NCBI GenBank assembly: GCA_018674495.1
Contig: JABHAA010000026.1
Location: 84,075-148,074, forward strand
DNA: 64,000 bases
From: Rhodospirillaceae bacterium
Lineage (GTDB): Bacteria > Pseudomonadota > Alphaproteobacteria > Rhodospirillales > UBA2165
Direction of reading: 5' to 3'
Position numbers and translations under genes: made by a program. This document shows, one piece after another, positions 17,180 through 26,455 of this stretch. The notes beneath the pieces were generated by a model that saw only the letters and a list, made by a program, of their open reading frames with translations, did not search any database and was not told where the DNA came from. Numbering within the stretch: the first letter of the stretch is position 1; every line of letters starts with the position of its first letter.

Positions 17180-18278
17180 AATATTCCGAGATGGCCCTTA
17201 CCACATTGTCGATTTGCCGATTCGAAATTTCCGGAAACATCGGCAGCGATAGAATTTGACTGGCCTGGGATTCTGCAACCGGGCAACTGCTTGGCCCAAA
17301 CCCAATATGCTCAAATGCCTGCTGCAGGTGAAACGGTATCGGATAGTGGACGCCTGATTGAATTTGCCGGCCATTCAGATGCTCGGACAACCCATCTCGG
17401 TCCTTAGCCAGGATGACGAACAAATGAAAGATGTGCCGTTCAATATCGCTCCGCTCGAATTTGGGCACGGTCACGGAGCCGACACCCTCCAACCCTTCAC
17501 AATACCGGCTAGCCGCCGCAAAACGTGCGCGGTTCCAGCCATCCAAATGATCCAGTTTCACATTCAACACGGCCGCCTGGATTGCGTCCAGCCGGCTATT
17601 GGTTCCCGCCAACTCGTGGAAATATTTCTTGGTGGAGCCATAATTTCGGAGCAGGCGCAACTTTTCCGCCAAAGCTTCATCGCTGGTGACGGCGAGGCCG
17701 CCATCGCCGAGCGCGCCCAAATTCTTGGACGGGTAAAAACTGAAACAGCCAATATCACCGATAGCGCCGGCAGAGCGGCCCTTGAATTTGGCCCCATGGG
17801 CCTGGGCGGCGTCTTCGATGATTTTCAATCCATGGGCCGTGGCAAAATCGGAAACGACATCCATGTCCATGACCTGCCCATACAAATGCACCGGCATGAT
17901 GGCCTTGGTACGCTTCGATACGCTGCGCCCGGCCGCGGCGATATCCATCAGGGAACTGTCGGCATCGATATCGACTGGCACCGGTATGGCGCCGACCATA
18001 TTTACCGCCAGCGCCGACGCTATGAAGGTATTGGCGGGAACAAGAACTTCGTCCCCGGGTCCGATTTCAAGGGCGCGGCAGGCAAGAAACAAAGCATCGG
18101 TTCCCGTCCCCATGCCTACGGCAAACTTTGATCCAACATATGAAGCAAATCGGTTTTCAAACTGCTCGACTGGGGCGCCGAGGATTAGCGATGCGCTGTC
18201 ACAAACATCCGATATGGCGCCTTCTAACGCGCCTTTAAGGTTGGCGTAGTTCGCCCGCAGATCTACAAATGGAATCAT
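17172..18278 (-). CDS. DegT/DnrJ/EryC1/StrS-family PLP-dependent sugar aminotransferase
   Basis: The family-typical N-terminus MIPFVDLRANY starts at the internal ATG 18278, 4 nt after the upstream stop. The PLP-lysine region is SFYPSKNLGALGDGG. The listed 412-aa ORF (to 18410) carries a spurious 44-codon extension. Confidence 0.85.
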   Translation of the reverse strand: MIPFVDLRANYANLKGALEGAISDVCDSASLILGAPVEQFENRFASYVGSKFAVGMGTGTDALFLACRALEIGPGDEVLVPANTFIASALAVNMVGAIPVPVDIDADSSLMDIAAAGRSVSKRTKAIMPVHLYGQVMDMDVVSDFATAHGLKIIEDAAQAHGAKFKGRSAGAIGDIGCFSFYPSKNLGALGDGGLAVTSDEALAEKLRLLRNYGSTKKYFHELAGTNSRLDAIQAAVLNVKLDHLDGWNRARFAAASRYCEGLEGVGSVTVPKFERSDIERHIFHLFVILAKDRDGLSEHLNGRQIQSGVHYPIPFHLQQAFEHIGFGPSSCPVAESQASQILSLPMFPEISNRQIDNVVRAISEYYG

Positions 18279-18282
18279 GTAT

Positions 18283-18798
18283 TTATTTTTCTCCGCGCCC
18301 GGTTCGGGTCGCAATTTCAACAGCATCCAGTTCCCGCAAAACCTGAGCGGGATTGCCCGCCACGACGGTAAAGGCCGGCACGTCCTTGGTAACCACGGCG
18401 CCGGCGCCAACTATCGCCCCTTCGCCAATTTCGAGACCAGCGAGGATGGTCGAGCCGGTTCCGATGGATGCAAAATTCTGGACCGTCGTTACCTCGCAAT
18501 TCCAGCTTCCATCTTCGGCCGATAACACCGACGGATACCGGTCATTGATGAAGGACACATTGTGGCCAATAAAAACGTCATCGCCGATTGCAATTTCAGA
18601 GCAAATAAAACTGTGGGACTGAACCCGCACCCGGTGGCCCAATGTCGCGCCGCGCTGGATTTCCACGAACGTGCCGATACGGCATCCGTCTCCGATTTTG
18701 CATCCGTACAGGTTTGCGTATCCGTGAACGATGACATCGCCACCAAAGACAACGTCGTCGGAAACGGTGCAATTGGGGCCTAGGCTGGGCGATGCCAT
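18283..18798 (-). CDS. Left-handed beta-helix (hexapeptide-repeat) sugar N-acetyltransferase, WbpD/WlbB-like
   Basis: 171 aa with successive hexapeptide repeats (IGDGCRIGTFVEI, IGDDVFIGHNVSFIND). Sits between an oxidoreductase and an aminotransferase. Confidence 0.75.
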   Translation of the reverse strand: MASPSLGPNCTVSDDVVFGGDVIVHGYANLYGCKIGDGCRIGTFVEIQRGATLGHRVRVQSHSFICSEIAIGDDVFIGHNVSFINDRYPSVLSAEDGSWNCEVTTVQNFASIGTGSTILAGLEIGEGAIVGAGAVVTKDVPAFTVVAGNPAQVLRELDAVEIATRTGRGEK

Positions 18799-18802
18799 AT
18801 AA

Positions 18803-19888
18803 TCAATTCACGGTTTGCAAGGCGCTGTTATTTGCAGAAGATTTATCCCCAGCCGACAATACAGCCGAAACATCGGCGGCGAAAACCGCAGAGGCGGGGT
18901 TTGGCTTGTCGTCAAGTATCAGATCAACAAATGCATCGGTTTCGCATCTGAGCGGCTCCACCACATGCACTTTCGGGCTAATGATATCGCCATCATTGAT
19001 CAGATACCGAAAGGCGCCGAAATCGGGCTCAATCGTATCGGCAACGCCAATACCTTTTTCGAACAGGCGCACCGGTTCCAGATTGTTCAGATCATCGAAA
19101 ATCGCGCGGGCCTTGCTGCCAACCAATTCCATGGTGCGCAATTTGTTGGCATCTACCCATGATACATGGATTTGACCGAGAACGCCGGATGGGTACTGCA
19201 AACTGATAAAGGCGACATCGGAATTTTCGGTGCCGAGCGGGTTTGATCCAACCACCGACACCTTATCCGGGCGTTCGCCCAACAGAAAATTCATGATTGC
19301 CACATCGTGCGCGGCCAAATCCCAGACGACATTCACGTCCTGGCGAACTAATCCCATATGGGTGCGCGTCGCCTTCATGTAATATAGCTTTCCAAGGCGA
19401 TCCGAACACATCAAATCCCTGAGCTTCAATATTCCGGCATTAAACAAAAACGTATATCCAATCATCAGTTGGACATCGTTTTCTTTCGCCGTCCGGTCAA
19501 GCGCCAATATCGTTTCCCCGTCAAAGGCCAACGGCTTTTCGCAAAAAACATGTTTGCCCGCTTCCAGGGCCTGGCGCGCGATCTCGGCATGGGAGGACGC
19601 GGGCGTCACGATGACCACGGCATCGATATCCGGATCACCGATTATGTCTCGGATATCCGAACAGCGCTTGAAATCGGCCCCAATTGTGGCGCCCAAATTT
19701 TCAAAGGCTTCTGGGCGCGCATCGCACACAGCGACCACATCGACCCGAGGATTTGAGGAAAAATTTCGCACCAAATTCGGTCCCCAATGACCAAGGCCGA
19801 TAACTCCAACTCGCAGTGACAAATTTTGTTCTCCCGTTATCGGGCCTTGAATTTTTGGGCTTCCGCCCAGCGGCACGGTACGGCCCAT
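18803..19888 (-). CDS. Gfo/Idh/MocA-family NAD(P) sugar oxidoreductase (nucleotide-sugar 3-dehydrogenase candidate)
   Basis: 361 aa with Rossmann VGVIGLGHWGPN and the EKP motif (FCEKPLA). The true start may lie downstream of 19888. Confidence 0.75.
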   Translation of the reverse strand: MGRTVPLGGSPKIQGPITGEQNLSLRVGVIGLGHWGPNLVRNFSSNPRVDVVAVCDARPEAFENLGATIGADFKRCSDIRDIIGDPDIDAVVIVTPASSHAEIARQALEAGKHVFCEKPLAFDGETILALDRTAKENDVQLMIGYTFLFNAGILKLRDLMCSDRLGKLYYMKATRTHMGLVRQDVNVVWDLAAHDVAIMNFLLGERPDKVSVVGSNPLGTENSDVAFISLQYPSGVLGQIHVSWVDANKLRTMELVGSKARAIFDDLNNLEPVRLFEKGIGVADTIEPDFGAFRYLINDGDIISPKVHVVEPLRCETDAFVDLILDDKPNPASAVFAADVSAVLSAGDKSSANNSALQTVN

Positions 19889-19966
19889 TCGAATTCTCGG
19901 ACCATAAACTGGCGATAAATGATTGTCACGATCAATGAGGGAATAGGCTAACGTCGAAGCCAGCCG

Positions 19967-21685
19967 TCAGCTTTGGGCACCACCAACGGTGTGTTCCGGA
20001 CTTTGTCCGGCGTCAAATTTCTGTCCAGCTTTCAACGAGATCGCGCCTGTTTGGGTATATTCTTCGCGCGCGGATTTGAGCATTTTGGTTTTCTCGCGGG
20101 TCGCCGCTTTATCCCAATCGGATGATTTGTGTTCATCGGGTTTATAGGCCTTAATCCTGGGCCGCTTCTTCAACTCCGGATTCAACCAGTTCATGACCGG
20201 CTCGGTCAGCCGGAATGGCAGAGCGGCCCATAAAACATTTATCAACACCTGGCTGCCGACGATTGCCATCTCCACTATCTCAGCGGGGTTTAAATACCAC
20301 CGCTTGGGAAGCGCAACCCAACCCATGGAGCGGGTATGGTTCAACAGGCTCATAACCGTGCGAAAAGAAAGATAGGCCCTGAGGTTATAATAAATTATGT
20401 CGCGCTTAAGTTCCCATTCGGATGCTGTTTCCGGCACATAGGGCAGCGGCGTCTTATCAAATACGCTGCGTGTCAGCGCCAGCGTACTGTTGAAATTTGA
20501 CCAATCCTTTTGAATATTCAAGCGCCCGGAATTGACCAGATCTGTATAGAGCGGCGTTCCTGGATAGGGAATCAAATTGTTGAATTTGGTTGACTTGATT
20601 TTGAGGTCCTCGATGATCTTGAACCCGTCTTTTCGGTCCTGGCTGGTTTCGGTCGGCAGGCCGTAGATCATACCCAGGGACACACCCAACCCATGGCGGC
20701 GGCAAAGCGCCACCGCTTCGATATGGATATCAATGGTTTCATCTTTCAAGGTCAAATCCATGAGCCGCTGAACGCCGGTCTCCATGCCGAGAGACGCATG
20801 CGTAAATCCGGCCTCCGACATGCGCTTCACAACCTCGTCGCCGCCTTGCAAGACCAGGTTATCGGCGCGCGTCTGCACCGCAAGTTCCACTTTTGTATGC
20901 AAGCCTCGCTCAATAATTTTATCGCACAAGTCTATAACCCGGCGCGCCTTGATGCAGAAGTTGTCGTCGTAAAATATGATCTCTCTCTGACCATAGCGTT
21001 CCACGAGGGTTTCCAACTCGTCAACAATGGCGTCGTTGGACTTAAACCTGTAGGTCGTGCCGGTCATCATGCGCTGGCTGCAAAATGAGCATCGATATGG
21101 GCATCCACGCGATGTGGTGAGGAACCCCATATCGTATTTCGGATTTTCGAACAGGTGATACGGAAATGCAGGAATTTGATCTAAGTCCGGAAACAAGGGC
21201 GCGTCGGGATTATGACAATTGATCCCATCTTTTCGGAAAGACACGCCGCGAATATCATGACTTTCATCGTCGCCATGGAGAGCACGGTATAGCTGGAGCA
21301 TTATCTCTTCGCCCTCGCCGCGAACCACATAGTCTATGACACCTTGATCCAGCGGCTCATCGGGCAACGCGGTCGGGTGAATGCCGCCGACAGTGATAAT
21401 GGTATCGGGAATTTCGGCTTTGATCATTTGAGCTATCTGGTAGGCGCGCGCCACATGGGCGGTCAAGCAGCCGATGCCGATAACATGGGGCTTGGGCATG
21501 CCGGCCAAGGCTTCGCGGACCCTGTCGGCGGTGATTGTTTCGACTTCCTCATCCAGAACACGGCAGCGGATATCGTGCTTTTCCATATAGGCACAGATAA
21601 AACCAATACCGACCGGAATACCGACCGGAACATAGCGTGACACGAAGCCACCGAATTTTTCTGCGGCAGGATTTATAAATAACAT
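19967..21685 (-). CDS. B12-binding-domain radical SAM enzyme (class B), paralogue 2
   Basis: 572 aa with TVGGIHPTALPDEPL, then TSRGCPYRCSFCS. It is the closest paralogue of 44225-45850. Confidence 0.85.
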   Translation of the reverse strand: MLFINPAAEKFGGFVSRYVPVGIPVGIGFICAYMEKHDIRCRVLDEEVETITADRVREALAGMPKPHVIGIGCLTAHVARAYQIAQMIKAEIPDTIITVGGIHPTALPDEPLDQGVIDYVVRGEGEEIMLQLYRALHGDDESHDIRGVSFRKDGINCHNPDAPLFPDLDQIPAFPYHLFENPKYDMGFLTTSRGCPYRCSFCSQRMMTGTTYRFKSNDAIVDELETLVERYGQREIIFYDDNFCIKARRVIDLCDKIIERGLHTKVELAVQTRADNLVLQGGDEVVKRMSEAGFTHASLGMETGVQRLMDLTLKDETIDIHIEAVALCRRHGLGVSLGMIYGLPTETSQDRKDGFKIIEDLKIKSTKFNNLIPYPGTPLYTDLVNSGRLNIQKDWSNFNSTLALTRSVFDKTPLPYVPETASEWELKRDIIYYNLRAYLSFRTVMSLLNHTRSMGWVALPKRWYLNPAEIVEMAIVGSQVLINVLWAALPFRLTEPVMNWLNPELKKRPRIKAYKPDEHKSSDWDKAATREKTKMLKSAREEYTQTGAISLKAGQKFDAGQSPEHTVGGAQS

Positions 21686-21931
21686 ACCGGTTCACTACCC
21701 ATCATTTTAAAGGTGACTCTCATTAACGCCGCCAAAATTCTTGTCGCAATTTATATCCCATGCATCATTGTTTTTAATAGGTTTAAGAATCGTTTGCAAC
21801 CCATCGGTTATACCAAGGTAATGTAACAACGGTGCGCAAGTAACGCGGCGCACTGAATGTTTTTTCCAATCATTGCCGTCCCCGCTACTCATTGCCCCAA
21901 TCTACCAGCAGGCGGATTGACCGGCAATTAA

Positions 21932-23668
21932 CTAAACGGAATTTCTTTCCGGGGTTAACTGAATGACCCGGGACGATTGATGATCACGCCTTAGCACCGG
22001 AATGGCGTTGGCAAGGTGGATGTCGTCCGTCTTATCGGAAGTCTGGCTAGTGACACCCAGATCCTGCTTTTGCGCCCGAATGGTCCGGTAAAGCGCATCC
22101 CAATTTTTAAATAAAGCGGCCTCATCGCGCTTCGAAATCCAGCGGGCACTGAAACGAACGCCAAGCGATGCCAGGCCGGTTTTGGCGGCAATCCGAAACG
22201 CCGTCTGCAATTTGGACTTATGCGCCTTTTTTGAGAGCCCGGTGACCGCCCTGCCGATGGAGCCAGTCCGGCCGGACAGCTTTGCATCCCGGCTTGTCCG
22301 GTAAAATGCGAAAAATATCCGGAACTTCCAATAGATCAGTTCCAGCTTGGAAAAGCGCGAATTGTGCGAAACCGCCGGGGTCAACTGGCTGCCATGCAAG
22401 ATGTGGGCAAAATATTGCCGGTCAAAATTGATCTGTCCGGCATCATAAAGGCTGTTGAAAATTTCTGTGCCCGGCAGAGCGGTATAAAAATTCACAACAA
22501 CATCGGTGACGCCAAGTGTCTTCATCAATTTAACAAAGGGAATATTTTCCCCCATCTCGCGCCGGGTTTCGTGGGGGAATCCGATAACAATGAAGATGGC
22601 CACGTTTAAATCGGTCTTGATTGCCGATTTCACGCTGCTCACCAGATTTTCAGTTTTCATCTTTTTCTTGATCAGCTTGCGCGTTCGCTCAGAACCTGAT
22701 TCCGGGGCGTAGCTCATACTGACCATACCGGTGCGCCGCATCAATTCGGCTACGTCGTCATCGACCGCTTCGCAGCGGGTTCCAGATGGAAATTGCCAGG
22801 TGATATCCAACCCCCGATCAAGAATTTCATTACAAAATGTCACCACCCAAGGCTTTTGAATGATCGCCGTCAGGTCTTGAAACGGGAAATTTCGGGCGCC
22901 GAAAGTATCGATGTAATATTCGATTTCATCGACGACCATGACCGGATCTCTGGGGATCCATCTGGGCAGCCACATATTCGGCGACGAGCAGTAGGTGCAT
23001 TGATAGGGGCAGCCGCGCGTCGCCAGGATGGGTATGGTTGTTGCAGCCACATCCATGCCGCCGACCATCCGGTGATGATTATAAGTGGCGACATCAAACC
23101 GTTTCCACGCTGGCGGGGCAATATCGTCCACCGCTGAGATTCGGGGCCGGCGGCTATTGACCACCACATCATCGCCATTCCGGTAGGCAATTCCTTGAAT
23201 TTCGGCGATCGGGGCGCGCCCCTCAAAGGCATCGACAAGTTCAATGATCGTTTCCTCGCCTTCGCCCATAGCAACCACATCTGCGCCCGAAGACGCCAGG
23301 CAGAATTCCGGCATCGACGTGCAGTGCTCGCCGCCAACAATGATGTGCATGTCGGGGCGCAAATTTCGGATGAGTTTTATCAATTGAACCACGGCGGGCC
23401 ATTCGTGGGTAAATATGACGGAAATTCCAACAATCGTGCATTCCGGCGCTATGCGCCCGGCAATATCTTCAAGCCGGCTGCCAATCAAAAACCCCTTATA
23501 ATACCGTGTCTTCCCCGTTGGCGCTTCGGCAACCGCATCGATCACATCAAAGGCAATATCGCGTTTTTGCAGCGCACCCGCGATATAGGCCAATCCAAGC
23601 GGCAACGTGACGGACGTTGTCGCAACGCGAAATGATTCGACAGCGGGAGGTCGGATGAGACAGATCAT
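21932..23668 (-). CDS. B12-binding-domain radical SAM enzyme (class B), paralogue 3
   Basis: 578 aa with IIVGGEHCTSMPE, then ATRGCPYQCTYCS. Confidence 0.85.
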   Translation of the reverse strand: MICLIRPPAVESFRVATTSVTLPLGLAYIAGALQKRDIAFDVIDAVAEAPTGKTRYYKGFLIGSRLEDIAGRIAPECTIVGISVIFTHEWPAVVQLIKLIRNLRPDMHIIVGGEHCTSMPEFCLASSGADVVAMGEGEETIIELVDAFEGRAPIAEIQGIAYRNGDDVVVNSRRPRISAVDDIAPPAWKRFDVATYNHHRMVGGMDVAATTIPILATRGCPYQCTYCSSPNMWLPRWIPRDPVMVVDEIEYYIDTFGARNFPFQDLTAIIQKPWVVTFCNEILDRGLDITWQFPSGTRCEAVDDDVAELMRRTGMVSMSYAPESGSERTRKLIKKKMKTENLVSSVKSAIKTDLNVAIFIVIGFPHETRREMGENIPFVKLMKTLGVTDVVVNFYTALPGTEIFNSLYDAGQINFDRQYFAHILHGSQLTPAVSHNSRFSKLELIYWKFRIFFAFYRTSRDAKLSGRTGSIGRAVTGLSKKAHKSKLQTAFRIAAKTGLASLGVRFSARWISKRDEAALFKNWDALYRTIRAQKQDLGVTSQTSDKTDDIHLANAIPVLRRDHQSSRVIQLTPERNSV

Positions 23669-23936
23669 ATTTTAGGCGGTCTTATTCAAGTAATTGCCAA
23701 AATTGGTTCGTACAAGCATCAACGCCGTAATCCATATGGGTTCAAATTCAGCAATCATTCGTGAATTCGGGTCAAAAATCATCTATCAGGCAATTTCAGC
23801 TGCAGATAATTCTTGGTATCAGGTTTCATGGCAAAATTCTAGCGCCCAAATTCACCAGCTATGCAGCCAAACTGGATAAAGCCTGGCCAAGCTGGAAAGT
23901 TCGGCATGAATATATTCAAATCTCAAAGATGCCGAT

Positions 23937-24467
23937 TTGAGTGGCGCTAAGTTCGGCGGTACCAACTTTGCCCAGGCGCATCTTGATAACGTCACCGTGG
24001 ATTTGAAGGCGCTGCTCGATCACCGTCGGCGCGGCCAAAGCAAGGCCTTTCTCAGTCAGCTCACGCGTCTACCGCAAAGGGATTTTCGAAACTGGAACTT
24101 TCAAGACTACGACCTCAGCAAAATTGACATTACCGGCAGTAATCTGGCGGGCGTCAATTTGCGCCGCGCCGATCTCCGGGGCGTCAATGCCGGCCTAGCC
24201 GATTTTCGCGGCGCCCGGCTTGAGCAGATATTTTTTGACATGGTCAAAGCCAACGGCGCTGATTTCAGATCGAGTCGCCTCAACAAAGTATTTTTCAGGC
24301 GATCTCAACTCAAGGACGTTGATTTCCGGTTTGCGGTGCATACCGGTGTGGCGTTTGGCGGCAGCACTATTGAAAACCCACGCATTGAAGTAGCCCGCGT
24401 CCTCGGCGCCAAACTGAACAATACAAAGCTGATTGGTACCACGCTCAAATCGCTGCAGTCGCCGTGA
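23937..24467 (+). CDS. Pentapeptide-repeat protein
   Basis: 176 aa with consecutive A(D/N)LxX-type pentapeptides (GSNLAGVNLRRADLRGVNAGLADFRGARLE...). TTG start; the open frame begins at 23910. It is the only plus-strand gene between 11.7 and 38.8 kb. Confidence 0.75.
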   Translation: MSGAKFGGTNFAQAHLDNVTVDLKALLDHRRRGQSKAFLSQLTRLPQRDFRNWNFQDYDLSKIDITGSNLAGVNLRRADLRGVNAGLADFRGARLEQIFFDMVKANGADFRSSRLNKVFFRRSQLKDVDFRFAVHTGVAFGGSTIENPRIEVARVLGAKLNNTKLIGTTLKSLQSP

Positions 24468-24525
24468 GCGCTGTTAGGCGGCGTCAATCCGACCGGTGAG
24501 TGCGCGCTCCGTTACCGAAGCGGTA

Positions 24526-25401
24526 TCACCAACCCGAATACAGCTCCGATATTTTTGTGTCCCGTTCGGCATAAATGATCAGAAAGCCTTCGAAATCCAG
24601 CCGCTTCCACAATGGTTGCATCAGCCGCAACAAACCCCGGCGGGGATATTGCAGATAGATTTTCCGGTGGATGGTTTTGAAGCCGGCAAAGCGGACCAGA
24701 TATTCCCAGTCTTCCGGGTTCAATTCGAATATATGGAAATTTTCGGGCGTCAGGTCCTTATAGATTTCGGCATCAAAATTGCGCAGCTGGTAGCCGCCGA
24801 ACCGGCTGCGCTTGACGTAGGGAACCGAAAACAAAATTCGGTCGCCCTGACCCTCGGTCGCAAGGGCGCGAAAAAAGCCGATGGGGTCAATAAGATGTTC
24901 GACCATTTCGAAACTGGTATAGAGATCCGCATCGATGCCGTGTTCGTGAATTTTTTCGGCGCGCCCGAGCACCGCCCGCCCACCCTTGGCTTTGATTTTA
25001 TCGATGGCGCCGGGGTCAAGGTTTACCGAGACGATGTCCTTGATTTTGCCCTTGGGCGCCAGCGCTTTCAGCACTTCGGCATGGGTTCCGGCCGAATCGC
25101 CAATATCCACAATGGTCAAGCCGTCGCCGGAAAAATGGTCCAGCGCTTCCAAAACGCTTTTGATCTGAAACGCGTGCAATCCCCGTAATTTGTATTTCCA
25201 GTAGCGCTCATACTCGGTGCGGTCAAACTCGTTGGTGTATTGATCGATCAGGTCGGGAACGATTTTCTCCATATCCGCAAACAGCGAATAGCGCCCGGTT
25301 TCCTTGGCTGCCGAAATGACCGACGCAGCCGAAAGCCGCTGATACAAATCCGTCGTATCGAGCCCAAACCCGCGCAATATTGATTTGATCAGCCTAAGCA
25401 T
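24526..25401 (-). CDS. Class I SAM-dependent methyltransferase
   Basis: Motif I is LTIVDIGDSAG. I chose the internal ATG at 25401, which overlaps the upstream stop by 8 nt, over the listed start at 25479. Confidence 0.6.
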   Translation of the reverse strand: MLRLIKSILRGFGLDTTDLYQRLSAASVISAAKETGRYSLFADMEKIVPDLIDQYTNEFDRTEYERYWKYKLRGLHAFQIKSVLEALDHFSGDGLTIVDIGDSAGTHAEVLKALAPKGKIKDIVSVNLDPGAIDKIKAKGGRAVLGRAEKIHEHGIDADLYTSFEMVEHLIDPIGFFRALATEGQGDRILFSVPYVKRSRFGGYQLRNFDAEIYKDLTPENFHIFELNPEDWEYLVRFAGFKTIHRKIYLQYPRRGLLRLMQPLWKRLDFEGFLIIYAERDTKISELYSGW

Positions 25402-26455
25402 CCGGCGGCCCCGGTTCGGCCACGCCGTTATCCAAATTCCACCGCGCTTTCCATTCGGGATCGGCGCAATAGATGTCATAGACCAGCTTCATGGTATTGA
25501 ACGCGTCCCTAGACGAGCCATTGGTGATAGCGTGATCGCCGGCAATGGCGCCCGCAAACTCGGCAATTTCCGCGGCCCAGGATGTGTCATTTTTGTAGCG
25601 GGTGATGTGCTCTTCGGGATCGCCGTCGAAGACGCCGTTCGTGCGCGCCACGGTCATGGTTTCCTCGCCATAGCTTTTCGATCCCGAAAGGATACCGTTG
25701 AGGGTGATCGAGCCTTTTTCCAGTGTAATGTCGAACTGGAATCGGTGCCGCCATTCGGTCGCCGAGGAATGCAGCATGGCAACCACGCCCGTATCAGAGC
25801 GCATCAGCGCATAGGCATTATCCTCCACATCGTGGTTCCAATAGCTGTTGGAGACAACGCTGGAAATCTCCGGATACTCGCCGCCAAACAGGCGCATGAG
25901 ATCGACCATGTGAATGCCTTGATCAAGCAGAATACCGCCGCCAGCAATCTCGCGCTTGGTGCGCCAGTCGGATTGAAAATTGATCATCACCGATTTACCA
26001 TAGACGCCGCGAATATTGATCACCCGGCCCAATTCGCCGGACGCGACGATGTCGAGGGCGCCCGCAACCGAATCATGGTAGCGGTGATTGAAGCCGTATT
26101 TGAGCTTAAGCCCGGTGGTATTCTCTTCACAGGCAATGACGCGCTGAATGTCATCGAGATTGCGACCAGGCGGTTTTTCGCAAAGAGTGTGGAACCCGTG
26201 TTGCAGCGAGGCGATGGTAACCTCGGCAGCGACATCGTTGGTCAGGCAAATAAAGGCGACATCCAGATCTTCGGTGAACAATCGGGAATAGTGGGGATAA
26301 TAATTGATGCCGTCTTCCAATTGGCCTTCATCAGAATATTTCCGGTCGCAGACCGCCACCACCCGCATATCGTCGCGGCTATCGATATATTGCCGGCGGC
26401 GCTGACCGACGACGCCGTAACCGGCGATACCGACGCGTAAACGCTCGGCCGTCAT
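25394..26455 (-). CDS. Gfo/Idh/MocA-family oxidoreductase
   Basis: 353 aa with Rossmann RVGIAGYGVVG and EKP motif LCEKPPG. Overlaps the upstream gene by 4 nt. Confidence 0.8.
   Translation of the reverse strand: MTAERLRVGIAGYGVVGQRRRQYIDSRDDMRVVAVCDRKYSDEGQLEDGINYYPHYSRLFTEDLDVAFICLTNDVAAEVTIASLQHGFHTLCEKPPGRNLDDIQRVIACEENTTGLKLKYGFNHRYHDSVAGALDIVASGELGRVINIRGVYGKSVMINFQSDWRTKREIAGGGILLDQGIHMVDLMRLFGGEYPEISSVVSNSYWNHDVEDNAYALMRSDTGVVAMLHSSATEWRHRFQFDITLEKGSITLNGILSGSKSYGEETMTVARTNGVFDGDPEEHITRYKNDTSWAAEIAEFAGAIAGDHAITNGSSRDAFNTMKLVYDIYCADPEWKARWNLDNGVAEPGPPDA

Noticed and set aside
17172-18410. Long N-terminal extensions of listed ORFs: 17172-18410, 24526-25479, 31357-32433, 32223-33308, 52847-53902 and 55236-57269
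   Set aside because: The extensions overlap the preceding gene and are Arg/Pro/Trp-rich. They end at internal starts that restore the family-typical N-terminus and give the 4-8-nt overlaps or coupling seen throughout the island.
21707-21892. 61-aa ORF between two rSAM genes as a RiPP precursor peptide, which would make the locus a peptide natural-product cluster
   Set aside because: The window has no leader-peptide recognition (RRE) protein, peptidase, cyclodehydratase, lanthipeptide-type enzyme or dedicated exporter. All neighbours are glycan enzymes and the ORF has no repetitive or Cys/Ser/Thr-rich core. It is kept only as a low-probability small protein in the findings.
25385-26440. 351-aa plus-strand ORF, plus many similar long ORFs such as 315-908, 28312-28947, 29974-30744, 46665-47585, 47646-48515, 48677-49354, 54304-55074 and 57340-57912
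   Set aside because: All are antisense or out-of-frame shadows of ORFs with clear family motifs. Their translations are low-complexity Arg/Ala/Gly/Pro-rich, as expected from high-GC DNA, and they have no recognisable domains.
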